NCBI GenBank assembly: GCA_965240325.2
Contig: OZ251227.1
Span: 930,001 to 994,000, forward strand
Origin: Rebecca billardiae RCC1528
Taxonomy: Eukaryota > Protista > Haptophyta
Length of the DNA stretch: 64,000 nt
Direction of reading: 5' to 3'
Below, in pieces: positions 44,556 through 56,249 of this stretch (position 1 is its first letter; each line of letters opens with the position of its first letter). The position numbers and the translations under genes were made by a program. Below the pieces are notes generated by a model, which was not told the origin of the DNA, did no database searches, and saw only the letters and a program-made list of their open reading frames with translations.

Positions 44556-44668
44556 GGCCTAGCACAGTGCGCCTCGGCACTCGCGCGCGTCGTGGGCGTG
44601 GGCACGTTCGAAAGAGCGTTGCCGGAGCAGAGCTACAGGCCGCGCGCGTTTCCTCCGCACGGGCACGC

Positions 44669-45331
44669 ATGGCGGCGGCTGCAGCACGCGCGACTATGCT
44701 GGCAGGCGGTGCGTCAGTGCTGGGCATGGGTGCCAGCTTCGTGGCGGACGCCGAGGCCATCCACGTTCCAGAGCATCTGCTCACGTCGCTACTCGCCGCC
44801 GGGGCGCTGGGCGCCGTCGCTGTGCAGCCCATCCAGGCTGCCTGGCACTGGATCACGCCGCGCATCATTCCGTCACACGGGTACCCAGTCCGTGAGGCCG
44901 TGCTGCGCAGCACGGTGTGCCACCTGAGCGCGGTGCCGGCGGCGAGTTTCGTGGCTGTCGCTGGTCTGTACACTCTGGATGCCGTGCCCGTTGAGCGCGC
45001 TCGTGAGCGCTTCCTCAGCTCGTGGGGTTCAGTCGTTGGCCTGTCTTGGGGTGTGGGCATCGGCTGGCAGCTCACCGATGCATTCGCTGCTTACTGCGAC
45101 GCGTTGCCTCGACGTCGGATGATCGGGGCGTTCACCGTCGGTGCGCTGTACTGCTCGGCTGTCGCTCTTCGCACACGGCAGTCCGCGCGGGATACCTACG
45201 AGGAGAAGGCCCACCCGACAGGCAACTTCCTCGAGCTGGGGCGCTGGCGCACATTCTCTCCCGATCTCGATCGCATGGCCGAGCTGAGAAACATTCAATC
45301 CTCGCGGAGGTCGGCCCCTGCACAGAAGTGA
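44669..45331 (+). CDS. Hypothetical multi-pass membrane protein
   Basis: Four to five hydrophobic segments; divergent from the cyclin. Confidence 0.6.
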   Translation: MAAAAARATMLAGGASVLGMGASFVADAEAIHVPEHLLTSLLAAGALGAVAVQPIQAAWHWITPRIIPSHGYPVREAVLRSTVCHLSAVPAASFVAVAGLYTLDAVPVERARERFLSSWGSVVGLSWGVGIGWQLTDAFAAYCDALPRRRMIGAFTVGALYCSAVALRTRQSARDTYEEKAHPTGNFLELGRWRTFSPDLDRMAELRNIQSSRRSAPAQK

Positions 45332-45703
45332 GAGATGTGACGGCAGGCGCGAGGGGTATGCTGTCAATGGGGCAGCATGGCAGCAGCAGAAACGTGTCTG
45401 CCTGATGTGAGAGCCTGATGCGGCAGCATCATGCGCATGACTGACTGACAGACTGTGCCGCGGGTCACCCGGTCATCACGACGAGTATCGGACCAGAGAC
45501 AGAGTCATTGGACTATCCATACTGTTGCCAATCTATCGAATAGCTGTCAAGCTGTCGGACGGCCGGACCGTCACCGTGGCGCGCGCTGCCTACCGAGATC
45601 GGAGATGCGGATGACGCGCGTATAAATATTCAGAGTCGTGGCATTTCAGCCGTCAGCGTCAGCTAGTGTCGTCCTCGCGCGGCTACTAAGCATAATTAGC
45701 AGA

Positions 45704-46708
45704 CTATGAGTACTCATACACCGACTCCCAGGGCTTCCGTGTAAGTGTCGCCCACTCCCCTGCTTTCTGCGGCTTGCGCAGCGTAAGAACCAGCTTGTCA
45801 CGCCTGCGCTTGACCGATGCCGACGTGATGCGCTTCAAGAGCAGTAGCTTGAGCGTGTGGCAGCTTTCGCCGTCCACGCTCAGGATGTTGAGCTCCACCT
45901 CGTTGTCCGAGTGCTCATGGAGCGTAACGCACGTTTCGGGCAGTGCAGCGGCGCCATCAAAGGGAACAAAGACTTTCACGCATGTCTCCTCGTCGCAGAA
46001 GGAGTAGTTTGCGATGAGCGTGCACTGGCGCTGCGCATCGTAGGCGGGAGCCCCAGTGACTCCGTCGCGGTGCGCGTAGTAGTAGGAGTACTTCCCCGCC
46101 TTTGAGAGGCTCTTTGCCAGAGCGCTCTCCCCGTCCGCTCCGCTCGCAGCTGCTGGGGAGGCCGCTTGCCCGCTGTCCTTGTCGGCCTCGCCCGCAGGAG
46201 TCGAGCTCGACGTTTCATCTCGCGCGTTCCCAGGACGCACGGCTGGTGGTGGTGCCCAGGCGTCGACGGTCCCGTGACGCGCCACCTCTGCCGGTGCCGA
46301 GGCCACCTTTGCGTTCTCCGGAGCAGCGGCGATCACAACTGATCGCATCACTGTGATGATGAGGTGGCCGTCACGGAAGGTGGCCTCCACTGTGGACAGG
46401 TCAGCATCACGCAACTGAATGTGTTCGTCCACAAGGCTCGGATCCTCTGCGCCTCGCACGGCTACGACGTCGCCTTCGATGCGCACATCAAAGTCCTCTT
46501 TCCCAAGCCCGGGAAAGGCTCCCGACCACTGAAAGCGATCGCCGAGCTCGCGAAGGCGCATCTTGGGCGGCACACAGACACGCTTGTGGAAAGGGAAGTC
46601 TTGCTTCTGACAGTTTGCATCGCAGTAAAGCGCCTTCCGACACCTGCCACACCGCATGAAGCGAGGCCTCTCTGCAAAGCATGAAGCGCAGTGCGGCTTG
46701 GCGGCCAT
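45704..46708 (-). CDS. MYND zinc finger + HSP20/alpha-crystallin-like + CS(p23)-like domain protein
   Basis: CASC..CGRC...YC...CQ..D...HK..C; PGL.KED..V...G..V.V.G...ATFRDGHL.I; YSF.D....VKVFV...L.L.LRK...W..L. Confidence 0.8.
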   Translation of the reverse strand: MAAKPHCASCFAERPRFMRCGRCRKALYCDANCQKQDFPFHKRVCVPPKMRLRELGDRFQWSGAFPGLGKEDFDVRIEGDVVAVRGAEDPSLVDEHIQLRDADLSTVEATFRDGHLIITVMRSVVIAAAPENAKVASAPAEVARHGTVDAWAPPPAVRPGNARDETSSSTPAGEADKDSGQAASPAAASGADGESALAKSLSKAGKYSYYYAHRDGVTGAPAYDAQRQCTLIANYSFCDEETCVKVFVPFDGAAALPETCVTLHEHSDNEVELNILSVDGESCHTLKLLLLKRITSASVKRRRDKLVLTLRKPQKAGEWATLTRKPWESVYEYS

Positions 46709-47857
46709 CGTGTCTCGGCCAGGTCGTTCAGCCCCTCGCCCCCTGTTTGGTACTCTCCTCCGGACTGCGCCGCCATCGTTACTCGGCGGGCACTCGCGTG
46801 AAGCGAGTGCGATGGCGGAGAGTACCAGCCAGCCTCGCCCCCTCCGGCTCGGCCCTGGCTGGACAGTACGAGTGCGCCGCGCCACGTCCACGCCTCCCGT
46901 TCCGCGTGATCGGGCGTAGACAGTCGGCAGTCGGCCTTGGGCCGCGCGGAGTAGTGCGTGCGGCCGCGCGCCAAGCGCCCCATACTGGCACGCAACGGCC
47001 TCAACGAGCGCAGCCATCGGCCCAGGCCGTCGGCCGAGGGTCATTCCAAGCCCGCCGCGCCGGCACGCCCCCATGATGCGGCTTCTCCTGCGCGTAGGCG
47101 CCACACATGCGCGCTCCCAGGTTTGGGCCGGCATGCGCTCGGCGCACTGACCGCGCGCGCGAAAGGCACTTCTCATAGTATGCCGAGCGGCAAGCAGGCG
47201 GTCGAGCGGTCGCGCAGGCGGGCCTGGATGCATCGCCTCCCGCGCACGTCGCGCTCAGGCGCCTGCTCACTCCGCGCACGCCGCGTGCGCGCAGCTCGAG
47301 CACTCGCTGCCTCGCGACCGAGGCTTCAGATTCAGCTCACTGCGGCGAGGTGCGGGCGAGAGACGCAATCAGAGCAGCGTGGCGCGAGGGGAGAACCGAA
47401 GAAGCGCGTGTCGCCGGACGCGCCTCCCCCCGACGAACATGAGGCCACAATCATCAGCCCGGGTGCGCGCGTCTGTGACGGGCTGCGAGGGTGCGATGCC
47501 AGTCGCCGAGCGGCCGCGGTTCCAGATGTCCAGTGAGACGCGAGTCGCGAGCTCAGCTGCGCCCGCGCCTGTCGGGACCGGTGAGCAGCGGCGCGAGAGT
47601 GGATCCAACCTGGACCTCACTCCTCAGCTGAGCAGAATTTTATTGGCTCTTTTCGATGCGTGACAGCGTGACGAAAGCGCATTTCTCATCGATCATCTAT
47701 GAATCGAGACTCGAGAGCTCTAGCAGAGGCGGCCCGTTGCTGCTGTCAGAGTCTTGACGATGTGATCGATCCGAGACGATCGAGAGGGGCGCGGAGGCAA
47801 ATACTTTATTGGCACCTGCCAGGCGGTAGTGCGCCAATTTACGTTCTAAGGTCCGGC

Positions 47858-47933
47858 GCACTAGGTGTCTCGGTCAATGGTGGTTTGAGGTTGGGTGGGG
47901 GTGGTGGTTGCGGTTGGGGGGCTGGCCAGGGTA
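47858..47933 (-). repeat. Family-B repeat fragment
   Basis: Reverse complement of about 25105-25175. Confidence 0.75.
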
Positions 47934-48213
47934 CCTGAGCATTCATGGTGTCACTGCGGCTGGCACAATCATTGACACGAGTTCCCGCAGAGCCCGAGTT
48001 GCCGTCCGGGTCATCGGCATCACGGCGTGCACTCGCAAAGTCTACTGCTGCTGGTCTCCTTAGAGCATATCGCGTCGAGTTGATGATGCGTGGATCGCGA
48101 GAACATCGGGCGGCTCGCGAGTCCAGGTTCCACCTGTCCACGCCCGCTGCCTGATGGTCGAGGCTGCACTGACGCTGTCAGCCGCGGAGTGCGGCACGGC
48201 AAGTTCCGAGCTC

Positions 48214-48576
48214 TTATGCCTTACTTCCACCCTCGCACTTGGGCGAAGGCGAGAACGAGGCATTTTGCTCCCACTGGGTGGGTGTCTTTGCGACAATCGA
48301 CAGCGCGTGAACCGGGCCGGTGGTGGCCAGCTCGTCCGCGAGGATCGCGTTGACCATCCGGTGCCTGTCGATAAGCTTCTTACCGTCGAACGCGTCAGAT
48401 ACGATGACCACCTTGAAATGCGTCTCTGAGCCCTTGGGGACGTTGTGATTGCCACTCTCGTTCAGAATCTCGATGTGGCGTGGCTCCAGCTGTGCCAGCT
48501 TGGAGCGGATGGTAGCCGCCACTGGGCCTACCTGCGCGTGCGTCGACATGGCACGGCGGGCGAACGCGGCAGCCAT
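48214..48576 (-). CDS. BOLA1: BolA1-type protein, mitochondrial
   Basis: NES..HNVPKGSETHFKVVIVS..F.G..L..RHRMVN..L..EL..VHALSI.AKTP.QW...SPKC.GG; presequence MAAAFARRAMS. Confidence 0.95.
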   Translation of the reverse strand: MAAAFARRAMSTHAQVGPVAATIRSKLAQLEPRHIEILNESGNHNVPKGSETHFKVVIVSDAFDGKKLIDRHRMVNAILADELATTGPVHALSIVAKTPTQWEQNASFSPSPKCEGGSKA

Positions 48577-48723
48577 CGTCGACCACCGGGCGCGGGCGAG
48601 GTCCGCTGCCGATCTCGCCGCGGTGTCCACCCCTCGCTGCCTCCACGCTGGCGGAGGTGCCGCGGCCGGTTGGCACGCCGCACGGTGAGCCACTAGACGC
48701 GGTCGAGCAGGATCGCGTCGGCC

Positions 48724-51434
48724 ATGGCGGCCCGCCGGCGCCCCGCTGAGATACGCGCGAGTGAGCTGCGCCCGGCGCCACACCTCGTCTTCCAGGCGCC
48801 GCGCGTCGCCGGCCCTGAGCTTCGGCCGCGCGCTGGTCACTCTGTGACTCCCCTGTCGGCGTCGGCGCTGCTGGTGTACGGCGGCTGGTGCGGGGGCACG
48901 GACTACCTGGACGACATGCGCATCCTCGAGCACGCACACGGGAACGCCTTCCGCTGGAAGGAGCCACACTTCCGCACGGACGGTGTTGCTGAGCCGCCGT
49001 GCGCGCGCGCAAACCACTCGCTCACCAAGGTGAGTGACAGCATCCTCGTGCTCTTCGGCGGCACCGCGGCCAGGCGGCTGACGCCGCGGCACGAGCCGGA
49101 CGAGGTGATTCTTGGCGATGTGCGCGTCCTGAGCATGGGTGCCTCCGGCTGGCACTGGCGCGCCGAGGGCGGGATCGGAGGCGACCCGCCGTGTGCACGA
49201 GGCGGCCACACCGCGGTGGAAGTGAGCGGCCTGCTCGTCTTCGGGGGCGGCTCGGGGGGCCACGTGTTCTACAACGACCTGCACAAGCTGCACATGGCCA
49301 GCTCGCCGCGCTGGTCGCGCCTCCAGGCGCAGGGCGAGCCCCCGTGCGCGCGTGGGCACCACACGGCGTGCGTCCTGGGCGCCGACCACGACCTAATGGC
49401 CGTGTACGGCGGGATCTGCGACGGCGGCGAGCAGCTCGCCGACGTGCACATCCTCGCGGTGCGCGCGGCGCGATGGGAGGAGGTGGAGCTCGCGCCGAGC
49501 CCGGGGGGTCCTGGCCCGCGCAGCTCGCACAGCGCCGTCGCCCTCCCGCCTCGGCCGGGCACAGACGGCGTGATGTGCGTCTTTGGCGGCCGGCTGGAGA
49601 ACGTTCGACTCAACTCGCTGTGCATGCTGAGCCTGGAGCCGCCGCCGCCGCGCGCGCACGGCGGCGCGCGCGCGGAGCGGAGGCGGATCCGCGCCGCGTG
49701 GTCGGCGGAGGTGGACGCCAAGTCTGCGGAGCAGCGCCGGCGGGACGGGCGCGCGTCCCACGGCCTCGCGGTGCTCGGAGGCCAGCTCGTGAGTATCGCC
49801 GGCTACCTGGGCAGTGGGCAGTACATCGTCGACGATGGCGTGATCACCGCGGAGCTGGCGGCGGTGTACGCGCTCGCAAAGTCGTTCGCTGCCAGCGAGG
49901 CACCCCCAGCGCAGCGCGCGGCGCAGAGAGCCGCCGCAGCGGCGAGCACGCGCGACTCGCCGGCCGCGCGCGGCGCTGGCCCGGCCGCTCGCGCCGCCGC
50001 GCGGCCGGCCGCGAGCGCACGCGCGGTGCCCAGCGCGGCGGCGGCAGCGGTGGGCAACGCCGCGCCGGACGCGCAGCGCGGCGCGGCTAAGCGGCCGCGC
50101 CGGAGTGGGCGCACACCCAGCGCCGAGGACCCCGCCGACACGCAGCCTGGCAGCGAGGACGAGGACGACGGCATGGCTGTCGACGGCATCGACGAGCCCT
50201 CGTCGGTGCGCGCTGGGGTGGAGGATGTCGCAGCGGAGGCCGGTGCCGGCCCTCCTGAGGACGAGGAGGTGAACGCGCGGGCGCGGGCGGCATGCGCACG
50301 GGCGTCCAAGCCGGGCGGGCCCTCGCGCGCACGCCAAGCCGCGGCAAGCCCGAGCCGCAGGACGCGGGACACACACTCGCGCGCGCGCGCCGCGGCGAAC
50401 GGCGCCGCCAGCGCCGCCGCTCAGTGGGGCGGCGTCGACGGCCTTGACCCCGTGCTGCTGGTACCCAGCCCCACCGGCTCGCCTGACGGAGCGCCGCCCG
50501 GCGACCTCGTGCCCGAGGCGGCCGTGCGCGCGATCGAGGCGAGGCTGGCGACGGCGCGCGACGCTCGCGAGCAGCTGGAGCGCGAGGTCGCGCTGCTGCG
50601 CGCGCGCGCGGCACAGCTCGAGCGCGAGCGAGACGATGCGCGCCAGCAGGGCGACGAGCGCGCGCGCGCCATCGAGCGGCTGAGCGCGCAGGCCGCTGCG
50701 GACACCGACGCGCTGCACGCCGCGAACCGACGGCTCGACGACGCGAACCACTCGCGCACGCGCGTGAGCGAGCTGCTCGACGACTCGAAGAAGCGCAACG
50801 CGGCGCTCGTCGCGCAGCTCGAGTCCGGGCAGCAGGAGATCAGCCGCCTCACGGCCGAGGCGAGCCATCACCGCTCGGCGGTCGAGTCGGAGCGCGCGCT
50901 GCGCCAGGCGGACGAGCAGCGGCGCATCGACCTGAACCTCGAGCTCAAGGCGGCGCGCGCAGAGCTGGCTGGACTCCGACAATCCCTCGACGATGCGCGG
51001 GTACGCGCACTCCGGCTGCGCGCGCGCGCTCTGCGCACGCGCCGTGGGGGCGGCGCGTGACCTCGCGCGTACGCCCACTCGCGTGCATGGTGTGTGGCCG
51101 GCAGGAGCGCGAGCGGCGAGAGGCGGAGAAGGTGGCGGCGCATGCGCAGGACGTGCAGGCAGCGCGTGCGGACGCGGACGCACATGCCAAGCGGTGCACT
51201 GAGCTTAGCCACCGCCTCGAGAGCTCGGAGGAGAAGCTGAAGCGGCTGCAGCAGGAGCTCACTGAGGCGCGCACAGAGAGCGAGTCCCGCCACCGCGAGG
51301 CGAAGGCAGCCGCCGAGAAGCTCGAGCGCAGCGAATACGAGGTGCGCCAGCTTCGTGCGCGCATGCAGCGTCACGTGGCCACGCTCGCCGCGGCCATGCA
51401 GGGCCTGCAGTCGGTTGTTGACGACTGCGCGTGA
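48724..51434 (+). CDS. Kelch-repeat protein with C-terminal coiled coil; intron 51001-51104
   Basis: Repeated PR.GH...YGG/FGG blades; heptad-rich tail; a phase-0 intron joins ORF 51057..51434. Confidence 0.85.
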
Positions 51435-52628
51435 TGACGACTGACGACTCCGACGAACGAGTCCCACCCGCCCGCCCGACTCTGACGAGTTGCTAGCAGC
51501 AGCGCTAGTATCGCCCCAGCCGCCTAAGCCGCGGTGGAGTAAGCGACCGCAGTATATCGTAGTAGTATAATATATATACATTAATATGTCGTGAGCTCGC
51601 GTATCTATATAGCAGCGGAGACCTGCCGGCTACCCGCAGCCGTGCCAGCCGTCTGCAGCCGACTACTGTCACTCGGCCAGTAGACTAAGCCTGACTAGCG
51701 CCGCCGGGCGGACAGGCGCGGGCCGCGTGCGCGCATGCCGTGTAGTATACGCTAGCAGTCGTAGTCGCTGATCCCACGCACGGCGGCCTTGGGCTGGTCA
51801 GCCTAAGTCCCGCGGGCGCGGGCCCGCGGGCACGGCCACGTCATGCTGACGATCGAATTTTATATATAGGCGGCTTCGTCGTATTGCGCGCATGATGATG
51901 ACGACGAATGCGAATGCTGATAACAATATATATGGGTCATCATTATCATCATCGAGCGTTTTACGATGGCGTGTCGGTCGCGAAGGCCGCGGTCAAGGGC
52001 CGCGTCGAGATGAAAAACATGTACGTGTGGCTGTCCGCAAACGCGCATGGCAATCAATTTCACTGGCTCGTCCGCAGTCGTCTCAGACGACTCAGTGTAC
52101 TTCGACCGCTACGATGCAATGGCGCGCGCAGCCAGCACTCAACAGCGCACTGTAGTCGCGTATTCAGCAGTCGGTGACCGTCAAGTCACAGTCGGGTAGC
52201 AGTCATGTCGCGCGGCGGATCGAGGCACAGGCTTCGTGACTCATGGTGATGACTATATACAAAATGATGATCAACCACATTGTAGTCAGCTAAGCTTACA
52301 GCGACGTAGGTTACTGTCTACAATGAGCTACGAACAGTTGCACGAATCGTCAAGATGCTCTGAGAATATGCTGATGATGATCTGCAGTAGCGCGCATCAT
52401 GATCATCAAGCCTCAAGGCGCCAAGGCTATAAGGATGGCCGCTTGACTGAACCTGCGATGGAGGCCGCACGCGCCCGTGCGCGGCGAGGGGTGGAGTGCG
52501 GGGCTGGCGGGCGCCGGGGTCGCCTCGAGAGGGTTGATAAGCACCCCGCCCAAGCAAGGGCCGCCCCCTCAGTCGGCCTCTTCGGGTCGCGCGCGTCGTC
52601 GGTGCGCGGGTGCTTTCGAGCGATTTTG

Positions 52629-52781
52629 AAGGCACGCCAAGGTACGAGTGGTTGGCCGCAGCGGCGGCGGCCACTGGCGAGGCATCACTCGCTCATCTCT
52701 CGCACTTTTCTCAGTTCTTCAAGGACTGATTTATTAAGCTCAATTTTGTGGTACACTACCACTCGTACCTCGGCGTGTCTT
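52629..52781. mobile_element. About 150-bp MITE-like inverted-repeat element
   Basis: AAGGCACGCCAAGGTACGAGTGGT / ACCACTCGTACCTCGGCGTGTCTT, 22 of 24 complementary. Confidence 0.6.
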
Positions 52782-52999
52782 TAGTCACCTTCGGCACCAG
52801 ACATGGCGCGAAGCGGTCAGAGTCCTTGATGGCCGTCACCACAGCGTCAGCAGCGCTGTGCGCTGTCTGCACAACGACACAATATGAATTATGATGATAC
52901 TGTATGATGGATGATTGGGTCGATCGATGACGTGTCTTCGAATTGCGTCGTGATCAGCCAGCGCATGTCACAATCGACATTGCTGTTGAGGCACCAGTA

Positions 53000-54418
53000 T
53001 CACATGCCGGGCTGCTGGTGCGCCCACGGCCACGTAGGCGTAGCCTGCGTCTCCAAGTCCGCATGGGCGGCAGCAGATGCGGACGGCGGCGACGTGAGCA
53101 TGCCGCTGGGCGGCGCAGCCGATGCGGTTGGCCCGGCAGGCCGCGGCTTGAGAGCAGGCGATGCGACGTGGCTGCCCTGCGCGTGAGGGCGCGAGAGCGG
53201 CTGATGCAGAGGAATCGCCTGTGACGCACAGCCGGCGGGGTCATTGGCTCCGGTCGACGAGCAGTGTCGACCGTGCGATGATGCATGCGTCGGCATCTTC
53301 GGCGCTCCAGCCTCATCAGCGCCAGCAGGCGCACTAGCCCGCGGCGTGCGCGGCGGCGCCTGCACAAGCGCGCCACCTGTGATCGCGCGCTTTGCCGGCG
53401 GCGCAGGCGCACAGCCCGTGCTTGATGCCAGCGGCGAGAGCTGCAGGGCGTCCACGTCATCGCGGAGCGACGCGAGCAGCCGAGATGTCTCGCGGCTGCG
53501 CCGGCCGACCAGATCGGCGAGCGCATTGTGCTTGAGCTCGCTCTGCGAAGCACGAGCCTCGTCGTCCGCCACGCGGGCCTCGAGTGCGGATAGGCGCGTG
53601 TTGCAGTCGGCAAGCTGTGTCGCCGCCAGCTCGTTGATCCGCGCTTGGGCTGTCTGCAGCGACTTGACATTGGCCTCAAGGCGGTCGAGGCGATCGCCCG
53701 CGGCACGGTGCGCCTTGGAGCACGGCGCATGCGCGTCACTCGCCTCCTTGCGCGCGGCGTGCACGCTGTCCTGCAAGCCGCCCAGGCGACCGAGCACAAA
53801 GGCTTCGAAGTCGCCAAACTTCTTGGAGGTTGCGTGTCGCAGCTGCTCGAGCCGAGCCTCGACCGCAGCCTCGAGCTCGTCAGCATCGCGCTTGAGCCGC
53901 GCGCGCTGGTCGAGGAGCCGCTGCTCGAGCATGGCGTGCACATGTGATGCCTGCACCGCGAGAGGAGGCAGCGCGGTGCTCTCGGGACCCTTTTCATTCG
54001 CAACTGCAGGCCACGCCGACAGGACGAACGGGCGCTCGCCCTTGTCGGAGGTGTTCAGCGTCGACAGCGCCGAGTTCTCGTCTGGCAGCGGGCGAGCAAC
54101 CTCGGCGCGCGCCTTCACTCCGGTGCGCTTGAGGACGATCGTCGTGTTCGTGGGAAAGAGCGTGTTCGGCGATGGGCACCACAGCGTTGGTGCCCACGTC
54201 AGCGGATTCGGCCGGAGCAGCTCTCGGACGACCAGGTCCTCCTTGGACGCGGCCAGCACGATGCCCACGGACAGCAGCGCGTCAGGACAGCCGTGCTTCT
54301 CGAACTTGGGATGGACGAAGAACACGGCGTCGTCTGGCTCGATCAATCCGCTGTCCGGCATCGGCGCGAGGTCGCGCGCCTCGCGGATGGTCGCGCACTT
54401 CCAGTCTGCAGCCATCAT
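53000..54418 (-). CDS. Hypothetical coiled-coil protein
   Basis: Long ORF with coding GC3 and a central heptad region; no family recognised. Confidence 0.65.
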   Translation of the reverse strand: MMAADWKCATIREARDLAPMPDSGLIEPDDAVFFVHPKFEKHGCPDALLSVGIVLAASKEDLVVRELLRPNPLTWAPTLWCPSPNTLFPTNTTIVLKRTGVKARAEVARPLPDENSALSTLNTSDKGERPFVLSAWPAVANEKGPESTALPPLAVQASHVHAMLEQRLLDQRARLKRDADELEAAVEARLEQLRHATSKKFGDFEAFVLGRLGGLQDSVHAARKEASDAHAPCSKAHRAAGDRLDRLEANVKSLQTAQARINELAATQLADCNTRLSALEARVADDEARASQSELKHNALADLVGRRSRETSRLLASLRDDVDALQLSPLASSTGCAPAPPAKRAITGGALVQAPPRTPRASAPAGADEAGAPKMPTHASSHGRHCSSTGANDPAGCASQAIPLHQPLSRPHAQGSHVASPALKPRPAGPTASAAPPSGMLTSPPSASAAAHADLETQATPTWPWAHQQPGM

Positions 54419-54649
54419 CGGGTCGAGGCCGGAGCGGGAGTGCTTGGGGCGTCCGCCGCAGCAGCGCAGGCGCGCGGAGCCGCGGAGGTCGACGGTTGGA
54501 CACCTTGCGTCGAGTGCACAACTTTTTTTGGCGTCTCTTACAGTTTGAAGTTTACTAAGAATAAGAGACGCACACAGCTCAGGCAGGCGAGATTGACGCC
54601 CGCCAACTGTCACCGCCCATGAAAGCCGTCGCCGATGGTAGCGCCGCTA

Positions 54650-55253
54650 CTGCCTGCGCCGGTCTGTTTTGTGGCGGTGTCTTTGTGCAGTGTTGGATGG
54701 CGTCATCACGCCTTTAACCAAGTGTGCACGTTAAAACATGATTCCCTCAACGGCAAGGGCGACTACTTCCGCAACTCGGCAAGACCAAGGCCGCGCACAC
54801 CGGCCAGAGCGACCCCATCCACTAACGGCACCACTGCATCAACTCGAACACGGCCTCGGGCCATCGACGCGTGCAGCTACATGATGACCAAGGCCGGCGA
54901 CGACTGCAAATAGGCTACAGCGGCATCCCTGGGCACCTACTGCCTCCGTGTGATCAGCATCGGCGACGACTACCTCATCCGCGGCCAACGCGCTCACATC
55001 CCCCGTCTCCAACCAGTACTTCGTCTTCGACAGACGAATCAGGAGAGCCGCGCCCTCGTGCCTGTGTCTTTAAATCAGCATAGAATTAGTAATAAGCTGT
55101 TCTTGCTGCAATGGCCGCCTCGATGCCAGGTGCGGCAGCGCGTCCCTCACCTGCCTGCGCCGGTCTGTTTTCTGGCGGTGTGTTTGTGCAGTGTTGGATG
55201 GCGTCAATCACGCCTCAACCGCAAGCGTGCACGTTTAATAAAGCATAGTAAAC
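54650..55253 (+). mobile_element. Decayed tyrosine-recombinase (DIRS/Ngaro/PAT-like) remnant flanked by direct repeats C1 (54650-54739) and C2 (55111-55253)
   Basis: Frameshifted LGKTK..TG, MM.KAG, SLGTYCLR.IG, TSSAANA and SNQY..FDR resemble YR motifs; third C copy at 57331-57465. Confidence 0.45.
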
Positions 55254-55530
55254 GCGCGGCTGTAGCATTAATTGTTGATGATGAGACTATTAGATGATGG
55301 TCATAACACTATAAATAAATAATCTCGTGATTAAGCGCGAGCCCGCCCGCCGCGCTGCCACTCCGCGCTCTCAGGTCAACAGACATGTCGATCCACATAG
55401 CTAGATCTGCTGAGCAAACGGATGTATGAGTGACGCTGGCAGGACCTGGCGGCGTTGAAAAGCATGTTCTCCGCACAGACTCACAGAGTGGGCGCCATGC
55501 TCCGAGCGTCCACGCGCCAGCACCACGGCA

Positions 55531-56085
55531 TCATCGCTCAAGTCCCATCCTCGGGGTCGGACTCGACCGAGTCCATCCGAGTGGCGAGGACACCCTCGAG
55601 CTGCCCGAAGATACACGGTCGCGGAACGGATCCGGCGAGGCGGCCAGCCTGCTTGCATCGAGCTGCTGCGACCACAGGATCAAATCCTCCGCCTCGCCAT
55701 CCATGGGCGGCTCAATTTGGCCGATGGCCCAATTCATTGTGAACGTGGATGCGGGTGTGAACCCGCTGGTCTGCGACGGGGCGGATTGTGGACGCGCTGT
55801 GCCCTCCGCGATCCCATACATACGTTGTAGCCTCTTGATCTTCTCCTCGCGTGACATCTGGCGAATTCCCTGCTTCCGTGGGACGCCATCCATGATGTGC
55901 GCAAGGCGAACGCGCTCGCGCTCCAAGAGCTCCTGGCGTCGCTGGAGGCGGTGAAAGAGGGCGGGAGGTAGCAGCAGGGGCCTGCTGATTGTCGTGTCAA
56001 GCAGCCGCTGCTCGGTTGAGGTTAGAGACGTGGCCACATACTGCCATTCGCGTTCCAGCGGTGCAGGGCCGCCATTCTCCGCCAT
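55531..56085 (-). CDS. Hypothetical protein (weak resemblance to the C11orf65/MFI C-terminus)
   Basis: REEKIKRLQRMY and DLILWSQQLD motifs; ATG start; divergent partner at 56250. Confidence 0.55.
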   Translation of the reverse strand: MAENGGPAPLEREWQYVATSLTSTEQRLLDTTISRPLLLPPALFHRLQRRQELLERERVRLAHIMDGVPRKQGIRQMSREEKIKRLQRMYGIAEGTARPQSAPSQTSGFTPASTFTMNWAIGQIEPPMDGEAEDLILWSQQLDASRLAASPDPFRDRVSSGSSRVSSPLGWTRSSPTPRMGLER

Positions 56086-56249
56086 GATGCCCCCCTCCGC
56101 CTGGCCGGCCCGGCGTCGTTAGTCGTTACTCGGAACCAGCGGTACTACAGAATTGCACGGTTACGCCGTTCCAGGCCAGTTACGTTAATTTTGCGGCCAT
56201 CATTTCCTAGGAGGACGAGGTGCCTTCACGTCCGTCCGCCCTTGCCGCC

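Noticed and set aside
51908-52177. Ankyrin-like pseudogene fragment (AKAAVKGRVEM..WL)
   Set aside because: Too short and degenerate to support
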